From the NCBI RefSeq assembly GCF_001194135.2, contig NC_069006.1, positions 26,274,470 to 26,338,469 on the forward strand: a stretch of 64,000 nucleotides of DNA, given 5' to 3'. Below are positions 38,487 through 51,713 of the stretch, piece after piece. A model generated the notes under the pieces. That model ran no database searches. It was not told the origin of the DNA and worked only from the letters and a program-made list of their open reading frames with translations. Within the stretch, counting starts at the first letter, position 1; the number at the start of each line of letters is the position of its first letter. The DNA comes from Octopus bimaculoides (lineage: Eukaryota). The position numbers and the translations under genes are program-made.

Positions 38487-39334
38487 GTGTTGTTTTATCA
38501 ACTTCAGCTAAGTGAAAATCGAATGAATTTCTGGAAGGACTTAACTTAAGCCATTAAACTAAATATCATCTAGCCTGCTCTCTCCTGTTATCCGTACTAT
38601 TTAAACCAAGCTTAAATAATTTTAAAAATTATATTATTTCCTTTGATTAGATACAAAGTCTTTAAAAAAATATATCTTTCATAAAGAAAAGAGCCATGTT
38701 AGACTAAATTGACCTCAGTATGTAACTGGCATTTTCTGTAATCTCACTGATTCACTGAGTGATGAAAGGTAAAGCTAACCTCAGTGGACGTAATGTAAAG
38801 GATTTAGTTTGATAGACAAGTGTTTCAGTCATATCAACCACACATCTAATCATAGTAACATTTTGATAATTACTAATTAATTACCGATACATTAACACAT
38901 TTTAATGACTTGATATGATACTTTTAAAAAATAGATAAAAAAATCTAAAATATTCAGATAAGAATGGTTTAATAAAAACAGCTGTTAGGAAAAAACAAAA
39001 AAAAAAAAGACTGGGTAATAGTTACATATGTTATTGATCTTTAAATGATTCTTATTGATTATTACATATCAGCTGTAACCCTAGTTTCTAGGTATCAAAA
39101 TAACTAATATAATATGCTAATATGCAATACCTGATTAGAGTTGTTCTGTAAAACACACACACACACACACACACAAACTGTGTTAAATCATTTTTAAATC
39201 AGTTAAAAGTTCTAACATAACCATACTTTTTTTATCAGGTACAGTATTGACTCATGTGTATCTGTATGTGTATGTATCTGTGTATGTGTATATCTATATA
39301 TGTAGTGTGCATATATAGCTTCCATGACTTTCAT

Positions 39335-39610
39335 AAACATTTTTTTTCACACTCAGAGTTGCTGAAGCATGGAACAAACTACCTGCATCAGTTGTTGGTT
39401 GGTGAGACATTGCATCCTTTAAAACTTCCATCATTTCTGAAAATTCGCCAACACTACACCTGATACCCCTCCCCCCACCATATGCATGCACACCTGTATA
39501 TCATGACTCATACACTGCTCACTTTCCTGACTTTTGTACATAATTCTATCTACTGTACATAACACCTTTGACGAGTTGTAGTGCACCTGAGCACTATACA
39601 CAATAATTTC

Positions 39611-39636
<26 letters not shown>
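39335..39636 (+). mobile_element. CR1-clade LINE 3' end with (ATT)n tail
   Basis: KHFFSLRVAEAWNKLPASVV..ASFKTS matches the CR1 FFSxRVVxxWNxLP motif, followed by a 3' UTR and an attattatt tail. Confidence 0.75.
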
Positions 39637-39642
<6 letters not shown>

Positions 39643-39671
39643 GTATATGTCAGTATAGTGGTGTGTGTGCA

Positions 39672-39713
<42 letters not shown>

Positions 39714-40095
39714 TAAGAATGTATGGTGACTGTGACTGAAGAAGTTACTGTATTAATCCCCCTCCCATCATGTGACAGGAAACGCAAGATCTATAGGGAA
39801 ATTTTTCTAAATTTCTCACTTGCATAATCCCCACATTTTTTATGGTTACTGCTCAAGTATCTGTCAATAAATATAATACATTGTACTTATATGTCTATAA
39901 ATATAAATACATATATAATATTATACATATGCACACATATATATATATCAATTTATAAATATCAGATCTATGAATCTATAAAGTATTTCTGATTTAAAAT
40001 AACAATCAATGAATCCAAACAAAAAAACAAACAATATCTTTTCTTCTTTTTTTTTTCCTTTCAATTTCCATGACCACCTGAAGTACACCTTGGAG

Positions 40096-43000
40096 TTATA
40101 CTTCTTCACCCCAGGTGGGCACAAGTTCACTTTCATTGTCAAACTCCATTCTATGTGAGGAACAAATTGAGGAGTAATGAGTTGATTGGTTGTTGATATT
40201 AGCCTGAGAAAAAGACAAAATATATAAAACACGTTTCAATGGTGGTTAAAACATCACAGATTTTAAAATATAATCTACCCCACTGCCTGACATCTTGGGC
40301 AAATATCTTCTCCTATAGCCCCAGACCGATTAAGGCCACACAAGTGGATTTGATAGAAGACAGAAACTAAAAGATGCCCGTCCTGTGTGTGTATGTGAAG
40401 AAACATCTACAAAAATGCCAGACCCGAGAGTTCACAGTGCACATCCGGGCAACACAGCACAACAGAGGCAACCTAAGAATCTCTGAAGCCATATTAAGAC
40501 ACCAACGGAAAGCAAACTATCAACAACAGAAGAGAGTTGCACTTCATCCTTCCACTGGTTTCTATGTTTGATGGAACATCAACCTTTACTGTCCCCAGTT
40601 CCTCTCTAAAATAAATGGAATTATCACACAATCAACCCCCCTTTGTAATGAATTTAACCCTTTAGCATTTAAACTGGCCATATCCAGTCCAAATATTCTG
40701 CTTTATGTTCAATCTGGCCAGACCTAGCCTCTCACACATACACTACAATGTCATTCTAAAAATAAACAATCATGCCATCGGAATCTTGAAGCTACGAAAC
40801 AGTGCAGGATTAATTCAAAACTAAATGAGCATTACATTTGACAGAGTAATCAGAATGTTAAAAGTTAAAAAAAGACAAAAGCTGACAAGATCACTGTGAA
40901 AGTGAAACCAAGACTACAAGCTGATGACAGAAGAGAGTGTGTATTTACCTTCCAAGTACAATGGTTGCTCGACCAATTCAAAGCTGTCAAAGATGGATTT
41001 TGGAAAATCTTACACGGATTATATTCTGGGACTTCACAATGAGAGTAATTTTGGTTGAAGTCTCTTGGGAATGTTGTTGTTGTTAGGAAACCTTCGTCTT
41101 TTGAGTGTCGCAAATTCATTTCAGGAACAATCTGGAAGCCATTTCCTGTATTTCTGCTAAAAAGTTGAGCTGTCAAGAGGAGGAGAAACAATTCAGTCCA
41201 AAAAGTTTGCTTTTATTTTTTTCAATCATTATTCTTGTAATTATCATGCTAATTATCATGCTAATTCAGCCAGTTCTCTGCCTTAGTAAGGAAAATTGCT
41301 TAAAACCATTTCATCAGTCTTTACATTCTGAGTTCAATTCTGCCAGGGTTGACTTTGGTTTTCATCTAATCTGGGGCTGATACAATAAGTACCAGTTGAG
41401 CATTGAGGTTGACGTAAACAACTTACCCACTGCCTTGAAATTGCTGGCCTTGTGCCAAAAATATGAAATCAATATTTTCATGTTTCTTTTACATTTAAAG
41501 GCAGAGCACTGGTGGAATTGCCGTAATCGACTGTCCCCTTTTCCCAAAACTTTAAGCCTTGTGCCTATATAAGTAGAAAGGACTTTCATATTTCCCAATT
41601 GAACAATCAAAATAAAAAAACTTACCATCATCAATATCATCAATATCAATTACTTTCTTCACATCAACATTTTGCAGGTCATCAGTCAGTTTACTGCACT
41701 GAGCATCATTCTTCTCCAAAGCAGCAAGTGTCACTAAGGTCTTCTTTTGTTCAGCAGATAAACCACGCCACATTTTGGACACTTTAGAGGCTATGTCCAT
41801 GTCATCTAATCGTTGTTCAAATGGTCGGTGTTTCATTTCTTCAACTATTTGTTTGTAAAAGAAGAAATAACTGGCAAAAAAAAAAAAGAGAGAGAGAGAC
41901 GTGTAGGGCATAATAATGAGATGTGTATAATAGCTTGCTTTTATTTCTGATACTTGAAAGCAAAATAATACAATAATAATAATAATAATTACACAGCACA
42001 TAGTTTGTAAATACAAAGCAAAATGTGACAGAATTCTGACAAGAAAATTTGGAAATGTTAATTATATAAGAATTAACCCTTTTGTTGCCATATCTATGAT
42101 GAATTATACCCTTGGTTCTATGATACAAGCTCTGCCTTATGTGCCTCATGGGCATGCTCAAATATTTCGACTTCAAGGATGATGTAGCATTACTATCATC
42201 CATCTACAAACGCATCCAGAGCAAAACATACAGACCAGCAGAGAACACTGATAGAATCGGATTTATGTTTACCAATGTAATATCTCATCTGCATCAAAAA
42301 ATTAGCTTAGCCATTTGCTGAAAATATATCAAAAAATTACCAAACAAAAAAAATTAGCACTGAGTGGAGGGGTCAACAGGATCAACTAAAACCTCTTAAA
42401 GCTGGTGTCCGTTCATGGCCATAGCTCAATAGCTGGAACCAGTAAGAGAATAATATAAAATACTTATACCAGGAAATGAATACATGAGACTTTGATATGA
42501 ACCATATTTTCTGTACAGGCATTTTAACTTGAAGGCCAGAAGATTTATTGGAAAAGCTGACCTAAATAATGTTATTCTTTCTTTAAACTACCAACTATTG
42601 ATTTACTTTTGTTCAATAAAAGCTATTTGCCTTGGTTCAATGTGTGTAGCTCTAGTCAAGGTACCACACACAGATCACTGCTGTGAACAGTAGGAACATC
42701 TTATAATAGACAAATGCTTTCATAGCTTCTATTGTTAGGTTGGAATTTTCTCATGAATTTGGTGTAGAGAATATCAAATTACTTCATTCTGTCAACAGGT
42801 ATTGAAAGAATCATTGAGAGGTCAGTGTTCCTAGGGACATCTTTGATGACATAAATCTGTAGAAAAACAAAGAGGGAAAAGGAAAGAGAATTACAATAAG
42901 AAACATTTTGTTTCTTACCCATCAAAGTCTAGACTGTCTGTGCTCTTATTTAAGTAATTATCAGGAGGCAATGGAGATGATTCCTGCTTTGATTCAGTAA

Positions 43001-46000
43001 AAAATCTGGAACAAACAACAAAAAATAAAAATTAAATATAAAATATTGTGTTTAAAATTAGAATTAAGTTTCTGGCTTTGGGAAAGAGGGATGGCCTTCT
43101 GGCATGGATATAAACCAATTGTATTATAAGAATCCTGGGCTATTCAGCTGTAAAGGGTCTTCTTTCTTGGTATTTGTAGCCAAAAAGAATGCAGTGACAT
43201 TCTTGAAACTAAACTGGATACAGGAGTGACAGAGAACAAATGAATGTTTCTCTTTCAGCAGCAATAGAATGATACTTTCCCAGGGTATTTATTGTATCTG
43301 ATGCAAAAACATTGATAATATTTGTAATAGACATGAGGAAGGAGAACTAGAAAATTGTGATTTTAAAACCTTGACAAATAATATTGACACAGAAAATAGG
43401 ACAACTTCATTGAAGGGTTCAAATTAGCAGAAAGATTCTGTTTAATTCACTCCTGAACTGAAACAACAGTGTCTGTGTGTGAGTGAAGTTCACATGAAGG
43501 GAAGCAGCTTCAACTGCACATCAAAATTACATTGTGGCCTAAGCTCCACAACGTCCTCCCTGCTCCTCATTCCTATTGTAGATGCCACTACATGGCTGTC
43601 CAACACACCAGAAATAGCAGCCAAATTTAAATTACACTTCAACATCTTAGAAAAGATGATATCTCATACTACGTTACATGATGTAGTCTTAGATACACAA
43701 CAGTTTCAAAAACAAGAGGACAAGAAATTCATAGCTAAAACACATTCAGTGATTGGGGTCTTCTCAGATAACAACAATAGAGAATTACTTTTAAATAATT
43801 AAATTCTACTCACTTATCCAGTCTTTTTCTGCAAGTTGTTCCATGTTTAATGTTTCTGGAAGTATTCAGTTTTGTAACAGAGCTGCCAACAGGAACAAGT
43901 CCCCAAAAAAAAATGTGTAACGATGATATATATACAGTAGACCTTTTTACAGGTTTTTACTTGTAAAAACAAAGTCCTGAAATAACTCCCCCTCACCCGT
44001 ATATCCAATAAGCCAATTAAAGAACTCATTAATAAAGCTCACTAGGGAAACGAGATGGAAAATTAGTAGCACATTGTTCTTTTTTGAAGTTGGGAAGATC
44101 TCGATACAGGAAAAAAAAGAAAAAGTAAAAAGTTTTTATTATCAAGATATCTTTAAAACCAGTTGATTTTGCAGATAATTACAGCATTTAAAGATAACAA
44201 TGTACAATGGATAATAAGCTAACGAACGAGGATCCCGATGACAATAAAGTATTGTCGTTGAAATCAATGAGAAAGAAGTTAACCTGTTTCTAGGATACCA
44301 AAGTAACTTAATGCAGTAAAATCAAGAAAATATGGAAGTTGTTTTACAGAACTAAATGGAAAAACAATAAACCCAATAAACAATTGAACCATCACAAAAA
44401 CTAAATGATGGGACTATTCTAAAAAGAATCCTCTATTGAATAGGGTATCCCAGGAAGCCATGTGCCTGACAGAAAGAAAAGCAGGTCAAAATGACCTTGG
44501 CTTAAATGCTTTTGATCACATTTACTTTCCAAGAGTATTTATTCAAACACTGTCTAAAGGTTGGAATGTTAATACTTAGCTCCCTTTTGTCGCTGCTTTG
44601 CTTTATCCCCTGCAGATGCAGATACTGAACTGTTGATGACCTTGGGCCTTGTCCAGCTCGACACACTACGGGATTTCTACGTCACCTCTCTACCACTTCC
44701 AAACTCATTGGATATTTTAGATTTGCAGCCAAATACCAGAGCTAACTACCTTGATGTGTATTAAGGAATTAACTCATGCCTCCTACACTCTGTTGTCTTG
44801 GACGATTATCTCTGTTGTGCCAGCAATTTCATGTGTGAGCAAGGAAGAAATATCGTTACCTTTATGTAAAACATGCATTTATACATTTCAAAGCTTCTTA
44901 CATACACACAGCTAAATATACTTCCTAAACCGGTAAAGCCCAACTCTTAATTGACTTCTTGTTACATCTGTTTCTAATAAAGAAAATTCCTCAGCTAAAA
45001 GAACCAGTTTAACACTTGAAAATACTAAGAAGTATTATGATCCCAACAAAACAAAATTATCAAATAGTATCTCAACTGTTTGAAGAGGTGCACTTTTTGT
45101 CTACAACTGAAAAGAATCAAGTTAGAAACAAAAGAATACCAAGATGTTGTCTTCAGCAAAGAAACACAAATATTATTTTCATTTTCCCAATAAACAGCAG
45201 TTTCAGTTTTTCATCTCCAAATGAGACTGAACAATAACAGTTTATATATCTTGCTAGACTAAGAAATAATGATTGCTCTTAATTTTTTTGTTCATTTTTC
45301 ATGAAAAAACAGAAAGAGAAAAATTGTTTCCTACCTTGAAGTAACTTTATCCATTTCATTGATATTTTCATTGCAAATCAGATATTTATTGGTATCATTA
45401 TCAGGACTCTAAAAATATTTCAAAAATAAAAGATTTCATGCTCTTATGTTTTTAACAAACTTTATAAATAATAAAACTTTAAATAAATTTTGAATGAACA
45501 AAAGAAAATTAATAATTGTATAACTGTGTTGTAAACAAAAGTAAACTATTTATTGATATAAAAAGAGAATGTATGAATTGTTTTTGATTTTCACTAACTT
45601 ATATATTTAGACAACAGTTTTGTAATTGAGAGATATGACCATGTACTAGAGGTTGTTTTTGTTGCTGTTGTCAATGAGTAGCTCTAATTAGTCGTGAACA
45701 AAGGTTCTTATAATTAAAGATAATCTAAAAACAAGGCTGGTCAGGCTTGTCCTAATGACTAATTATAGTCAATCACAACATTTAAATTAATTAGAAATAA
45801 AAATGCATTGAAATACAGTAACAAGTGAGGACATGTTCCAGTCTTGTAAGACCTCATCAGAAAAGTCTAATCTAACTGTTACACAACTTTAGAACGGAAA
45901 ATGTAATGTGATTAAACTTACTGGCACATAAAGACCACAAGGCAAATAGTTATTAAGTTGTTTTATGCAGGGAGTTGTTATTGGTGATAATCCCAAATCA

Positions 46001-49000
46001 AAAATGGGAGGGCTCTTTAAAGGAGTGAATGTAGAAGTTCCACAAGACAGCTGAAAAAAAAAACAAAAAAAAAAACTTTACAATTAGAAGTAATTAAGAA
46101 GTTTATTATACAATCAAATAACAGTGAAAGGGATGTGGACCAGGAATCAAACTCAGAAACCTGACAATCATAAGCTGAGTACCCGAACCACTAAACCATG
46201 CCCCTTCATTATAAATGACTAACTTTGACATAAGACCACAAATTGGTAGAAAAAGAATAAGACTAAAAAATTAAATGGCATAAGTTGTTTTGATTGGTAC
46301 TCTATTGTTTTGGAAAGAATTACAAGAACTGTTACCTGTCTTAATTGGAAATGGCTTCCGGAGATTGTAAAGTTGTCTTGATCTTTCTTTCCAGAAATGT
46401 CAAGCTTCTTTTTAGGGGTCTCAAATGTGGAAAATTGTAAGATATCAGAACTGGATGGGTGGGAAAAAGTAGACTCTTTTTTTATAATTGGCATTAACTC
46501 TTTCCCTATAAAAGGATCATATTTTTTAAGGAATTTGTCATCTTCTTTGGGTGTGCTATAACTATTATTATTATTATTATTATTAGATCCATAACAAAAT
46601 TTCTGATTTAACAACTCATCAAATTTCTTCTTTTTGACAGGTGAAATTATCTGAATCTCTTCTTCATTTGCAAAGCATTTAGGATTCTTGCTTGGCCAAA
46701 ATGGATAGTTGCTTCCAGTAATATTTGGGACCTCAGTTTCTTCAGATGCTACGGTTGAAGAGATTTGTTTTTCCTATAAGTAAAAAAAATATATCTATAT
46801 TTATAATACATCCATCAGTTTTGATATTATTTTTAAACAACTTTTTATGAACATTGATGTTAAATACAATTAAAAACACTGCATTCTGATATTTTTACTC
46901 TGTGTACGCAACTGAAACAACTTTAAATTAAAAGAGATATATGTGTATAATACACAATGTATATATATTAAGAATGATAAAAGATATGTATTGTCTAAAG
47001 AAATATACATGAAACCATATAAAGCTTGTATATTAACCTGTGTTTCTGAGGCACTTTGAGATAAATCAAAACATCCAGTTACTGGTGAAACTTGATTATC
47101 CAATTCAAATATTTCATTTAAAAGATCATCTAAAAAATTACATTTCCTCATCGTCGAACTACTGTAAAATATAATGGAAAGATGAGGCAGGTTCTTTTCC
47201 AGCAAGCAGATATTAAAATATATTCTGGGGGAGAATTTAAATAATTTGTTTTCTAACTTTGGCACAAAACCCCCAATTATATGATATAAATGTCTGCTGT
47301 CCACATTGGCACCCAGAGGGTTGAGAAGCTAAGTTAATCCAGATGGGATTTAAGTGAAGAATGTAGAAGTAATACTAAAATCACCAAGCAATAATTTTCC
47401 GTTATTAGTTTTGAAGTAATTTCAACCTGAATAATTTGAGAAAAAACACATTCACAGCTTTGCGATGAAGAATTACAGCTTTTGTGGTCAACTTGAATAA
47501 AGACATTTATACTTAACATTTAATTTTGAGCTTTGTGCCTAAGTTATAAAACAAATACCTGAGTATTTAAAAACAAGATAAAAAAATACATGGAGTTCCC
47601 TATTAGTGTAAGGGAGATAATCACTTCTCCATACTATTTAATGGGAATAGAAGTTTGAAATTTAAAATTGAGGAACAAGGAAGAAAAAACATAAAATACA
47701 CATATTTAATTTTCTTTTTTGTTTACATATTACTAAGATGTTAAAATTTCTAGTCTTAGGTAAAAATGTATAACATCATTTCATTTTTATTCGAAATCAC
47801 CAGCATAACATAACCCCGCCAAAAATATATTACTTAAAAATTAATCAGTAAATGTAATTAATATACCAACTGATTCACATTTGGAAATAATATGATTATT
47901 CTGATCGAAGCAAAACAAACAAACATTTAAAATTCAATTGCCATTTAAAGTAAGGAAGATTGCAACAAATTGACAAACATTTTCTGAAACATAATGAAAC
48001 AATTGCAAAAAAGGTCTAAAAACAAAACTTGTGCACTTATGGCCATATCCAGCCCAAATATTCTATGAGTTTTATGCATTAACTGGGCAGATCTTGCCTC
48101 TCACACCTATCCTACAATATCATTATAAAAATAAACAGTAACTTCATTGAAATCTCTGAAGCTATAAGAGAACGCATGATTAATTCAAAACAATACAAAC
48201 GAACAAGTATCATATTTGACCAATTAATCTAAATGCTAAAAGGTTAAAACCTTATTTACCTTGAAAATATTCCAGCTTGCTTTGCTGAAAATTCATTCCT
48301 GACCTCATTGATATCAGATAAAATATTACTTGTCTCTGGAAGTAAACCACTGTCAACAAATTTCTCTGAATAAAACAAAAATAGTCAAAATTATAATAAA
48401 TTATACGATGATAATGACAAAAGAATAATAGATTTTTGACAATTTTTAGCAATTCTAAAGTGGCAAGCTTGTAGAATCATTAGCAGACTCGACAAAATGC
48501 TTAGTGGCATTCTGTCTGTCTTTACATTGTGAGTTCGAATTCTGTCAAGGTCAACTTTGTGTTTCATACTTTCAGGGGTGATAAAATAAGTACCAGTTTA
48601 GTATTGGGGTTTACGTAATCAACTTACCCCTGACCCCAGAATTGCTAGCCTTGTGCCAAAATTTGAAACTAATATTTCTTAACAATTCTAAGTCAGCAAG
48701 CTGGCAAAAATCATCAACACACCAAGCAAAATGCTTAGCAGCATTTCATTCATCTTAATGTTCTGAATTCAAATTCCACTGAAGTCAGCTTTGCCTTTCA
48801 GCCTTTCAGGGCCAATAAAATAAGTACCAGTTGAGCACTGGGGTTGACTTACCCCCTCCTCTGATATTGCTGGCCTTGTGCCAAAATTTGGAATCAATAT
48901 TTTTTAACAATTCCATTCTCCAATAATTATTATAAGTTCAACACTAAAGACAATCTGGTGGTGGAACATATATTTTTATTTCATCTACTGGAGTTTTTTT

Positions 49001-50534
49001 AAAACATAAACCCCGAGAAAGAAGAGAAGTTTTAATCTCAATTTAGTGAAAATTTAACTAGATTCTCTAATTTACAGTAAGGATAAGAATATATTAAACA
49101 ACAAGACATAAGTTACAAATGATTTACACAGAATTACATTAAAAAAAAAACCAAGGATAATTTTTAGAAATAACTTTACTTTTTTCTGATAGGAAATTTG
49201 CTAAAATGGATTCCAAGAAGTTGATGTGATTGACAGTTTCTTGAAGTATATGGGCCTGAAAAATTCAACAGCATTCAATATTTTTGTGAAGGCAGTTTAA
49301 AACATCCCAAATAGCAATAACAGATAAAAAAAAAAAAGAAAAGAGAGAGAGAGAGAGAATTAAGTTCACAAGCATATCAATAATACATAAAAAGATTTGC
49401 TATGTTTATGCTGGAAAGAACAGAGGAAAGATCACTTCAAGAATGGGGGAGGATACATTTCTTTAAGATTTGGATGATTTTCTTCGAAAGAATTTTAAAT
49501 AGCAACATCTTAATTCATTTTGTATTTAATTACAAACAGTTCCATCTTTCATTCTGTGGAGATGCATAGCTTAGTGGTTAGGGATGTTGGACTCATGATC
49601 ATAAGACTGTGGTTTCAATTCCTGGACCAAGCAACACATTGTGTTCTTGAGCAAAACACTTCATTTCACATTGCTCCAGTCCTCTCAGCTGGCAAAAGTG
49701 AGTAATCCTGTCCAGATGGGGAACATATATGCCACAGAAACAGGGACTCTGGCCGTATGAGTTTATATAACTCAGGGAGGAGCTTTATTGTCTTTTATTC
49801 ATCTTTCCTTTTGGCTCCACACACAGATATGATTGGCTTTAATGCAGCATCTGTTTCTGCATGGTGTTATATTTAAAACAAGCAACTTCTATCACTGAAC
49901 CACGACATACCAGACACTGGTGTCAGTGGGTTTATATCCAGTAGCTAAGTTGACTTACAACATTCAACATGTATATTTTGAAAAACATTCCAATTCGCTT
50001 AGCAAATCTAATTAGTCCACTAGCTGGAAGTTAGCGACAGTTTAATGAGCAGAATGTGAAATGGTGGCGGAAATACAGGAAAATATTGCTCTAATGGCGA
50101 TAGGAGGGTTATCTGTTTTCCATATCAAGATGGATTAAGATCAAAGTATAATGGCATACAAAGTTGTAACAGGGTTGATAAAAGGACAAGACATCCAGTA
50201 AAGAGAAGTAAAATAGAGATAATGATGATTTTTGAATGTTTACACTATAAACAATGTCGACTTGTATACCAGAAAATATGGTAAAACAGAAGTAAAATAA
50301 GGTGGCATGGAATGTGTCATTTAACAGGCCAATCTTACCAATTCCAACATGAAGAGAGTCAGGATATTTAATAATCTGATAAAACCTAACCTTTGAGTAT
50401 TTCTTCTTGGACTTTTTCTTATTTGAAGCATCTGTTATCATTTTCAATGTGTTGTATCCATTGGCAACACTCGCACGCCATTTTGCATCTGACTGCCTTC
50501 GTCTTACACGGACTGAATTAGTGCGTCGAGCCAT
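40096..50534 (-). CDS. BHMG1: bHLH and HMG-box domain protein (BHMG1-like architecture), about 11 coding exons, about 563 aa
   Basis: Proposed exons: 50391-50534, 49180-49255, 48260-48365, 47038-47161, 46336-46773, 45335-45408, 43814-43882, 42919-43005, 41626-41870, 40949-41169, 40096-40203 (1692 nt, phases compatible). N-terminal bHLH: RRRQSDAKWRASVANGYNTLKMI...SK|AHILQETVNHINFLE. HMG box: DG|YFFFYKQ..DIASKVSKMWRGLSAEQKKTLVTLAALEK. Exons between 45.4 and 42.9 kb rest on splice sites and phase only. The symbol is assigned from domain architecture, not demonstrated orthology. Confidence 0.72.
40658..40864. mobile_element. Complete piggyBac-type MITE with TTAA flanks
   Basis: ttaa|CCCTTTAGCATT ... 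AATGTTAAAAG|ttaa. Related copies at about 2690-2780, 3030-3170, 25030-25125 and 48040-48247. Confidence 0.65.
48459..48900 (+). mobile_element. Two tandem tRNA-derived SINEs, family A
   Basis: Head ggcaagctggcagaatc..ttagc with B-box gagttc(g/a)aattc and core gataaaataagtaccagt. Other copies at about 13715-13900(+), 41270-41470(+), 50690-50890(-), 57150-57310(-) and 62838-63035(+). Confidence 0.75.
49562..49705 (+). mobile_element. tRNA-derived SINE, family C
   Basis: gcttagtggttagg..ggtttcaattcctgg..gttcttgagcaaaacac. Copies at about 11095-11200, 25853-25950, 56060-56225(-) and 56720-56875(-). Confidence 0.7.
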
Positions 50535-51672
50535 GTTGGGAAAATTTTTAATTTACTGTTCGAAAAGGTAAAATAGTTGAAAAATAAAAGAGATTTCAGT
50601 AAATAATTTACAGGTAATTAATTTAAATAATAATTCCTACCATACAACCATAAACCTTCACGCCATATGTCTTCCCTTATTATTGGCTTCAAATTTTGGC
50701 ACAAGGCCAGGAATTTCGGGAGATGGGTTAACTTGATCATATCAACTTCAGTACTCAACTGACACATTTTACTGACCCCCAAAAAATGAAAGGTAAATCA
50801 ACCCCAGCAACATTTGAACTCAGAAAGTAAAGTTAGATAAAATGCTGCTCAGAATTTTGTCCAACACAGTAACAATTCTGCCAGTTTGCCATCCTACCTT
50901 CTGTTGTAAAGTGGTCTTTTGCCATTATTGTATCTGTCCTTTGGCGACAGTTGTTGCTCTGACAGATATTGTTATATTTCAAGTCATCAATAGAATGGTT
51001 CTATCTGGCACTGTACGACCCCCCTATAAGAGAAGACACTTGATGCCCAAGATGCCACATAGTGGGACTGAACCCAGACCCATGTGGTTGGGAAGCAAAC
51101 TTCTTATCACATAGCCACACCTGCGCCTATTTAACTCAAACTTATATTAACTGCACATTATCATCATCTTCATCATTTAACGTCCATTATGGCATGGGTT
51201 GGACAGTTTGACCAGAGCTAGAAAGCTGGGGAGCTGCACCAGACTCCAGTCTGATTTGTCATGGATTTCCATGGCTGGATGCCCTTCTTAATGCCATTTT
51301 AGAAATTCTTACCAGTTGAATTAAGAAGCTATTAACAGAGATGTTTTTTTTCTACACTACTTTTATCACCAGTTTTATCATGAATTACTCTTGTTTCATT
51401 TTATTGTTTTTATCTCCACAACTTACAAACATTTGCACCATTTCAAAGTTAGTAAAACAAAGAATAGATTCATTATTATCAAAACACACCAACTTTGTTG
51501 AAATTATATTTATCAAATCTTGCTGAGATATATTTAGAAAAATTATATTTTAATACAAGAGAAAATTGTTCACATGCTATATACAGAGAGAGAGGGGGGG
51601 ATATCTACACTGGCGAGAGAGGGGGGTATCTAGACTGACGAGAGAGAGAGGAGGACGAAACACACACGCGCG

Positions 51673-51713
<41 letters not shown>

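Larger units (their letters stand above)
32517..38549 (+). other. Tentative micro-exon gene (about 90 aa), divergent from NSRP1
   Basis: Phase-compatible AG..GT segments at 32517-32534, 32741-32790, 34668-34715, 36146-36174, 36303-36388 and 38508-38549. Two acceptors are weak and I recognise no homolog. Confidence 0.25.

Noticed and set aside
40374-40571. ORF with LRISEAIL..KQTINNRRE resembling a Penelope GIY-YIG C-terminus
   Set aside because: Too short and frameshifted to call, and its 5' part is a family B SINE tail.
42783-42856. Possible extra exon IYVIKDVPRNTDLSMILSIPVDRM(N) before the HMG box
   Set aside because: It needs a phase-0 upstream exon. The neighbouring exon 42919-43005 ends in phase 2 and joins the HMG exon directly (DG|YFFF). 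It remains possible only as an alternative exon.
43100-44980. Several short open stretches in the bHLH-HMG middle introns, including ORF 43479-43802(+)
   Set aside because: No recognisable domain and they overlap repeat relics; only 43814-43882 had good splice sites and phase.
49562-49640. tRNA-like A/B boxes here and at other SINE heads
   Set aside because: No complete cloverleaf, and each runs into a shared SINE body; these are SINEs, not tRNA genes.
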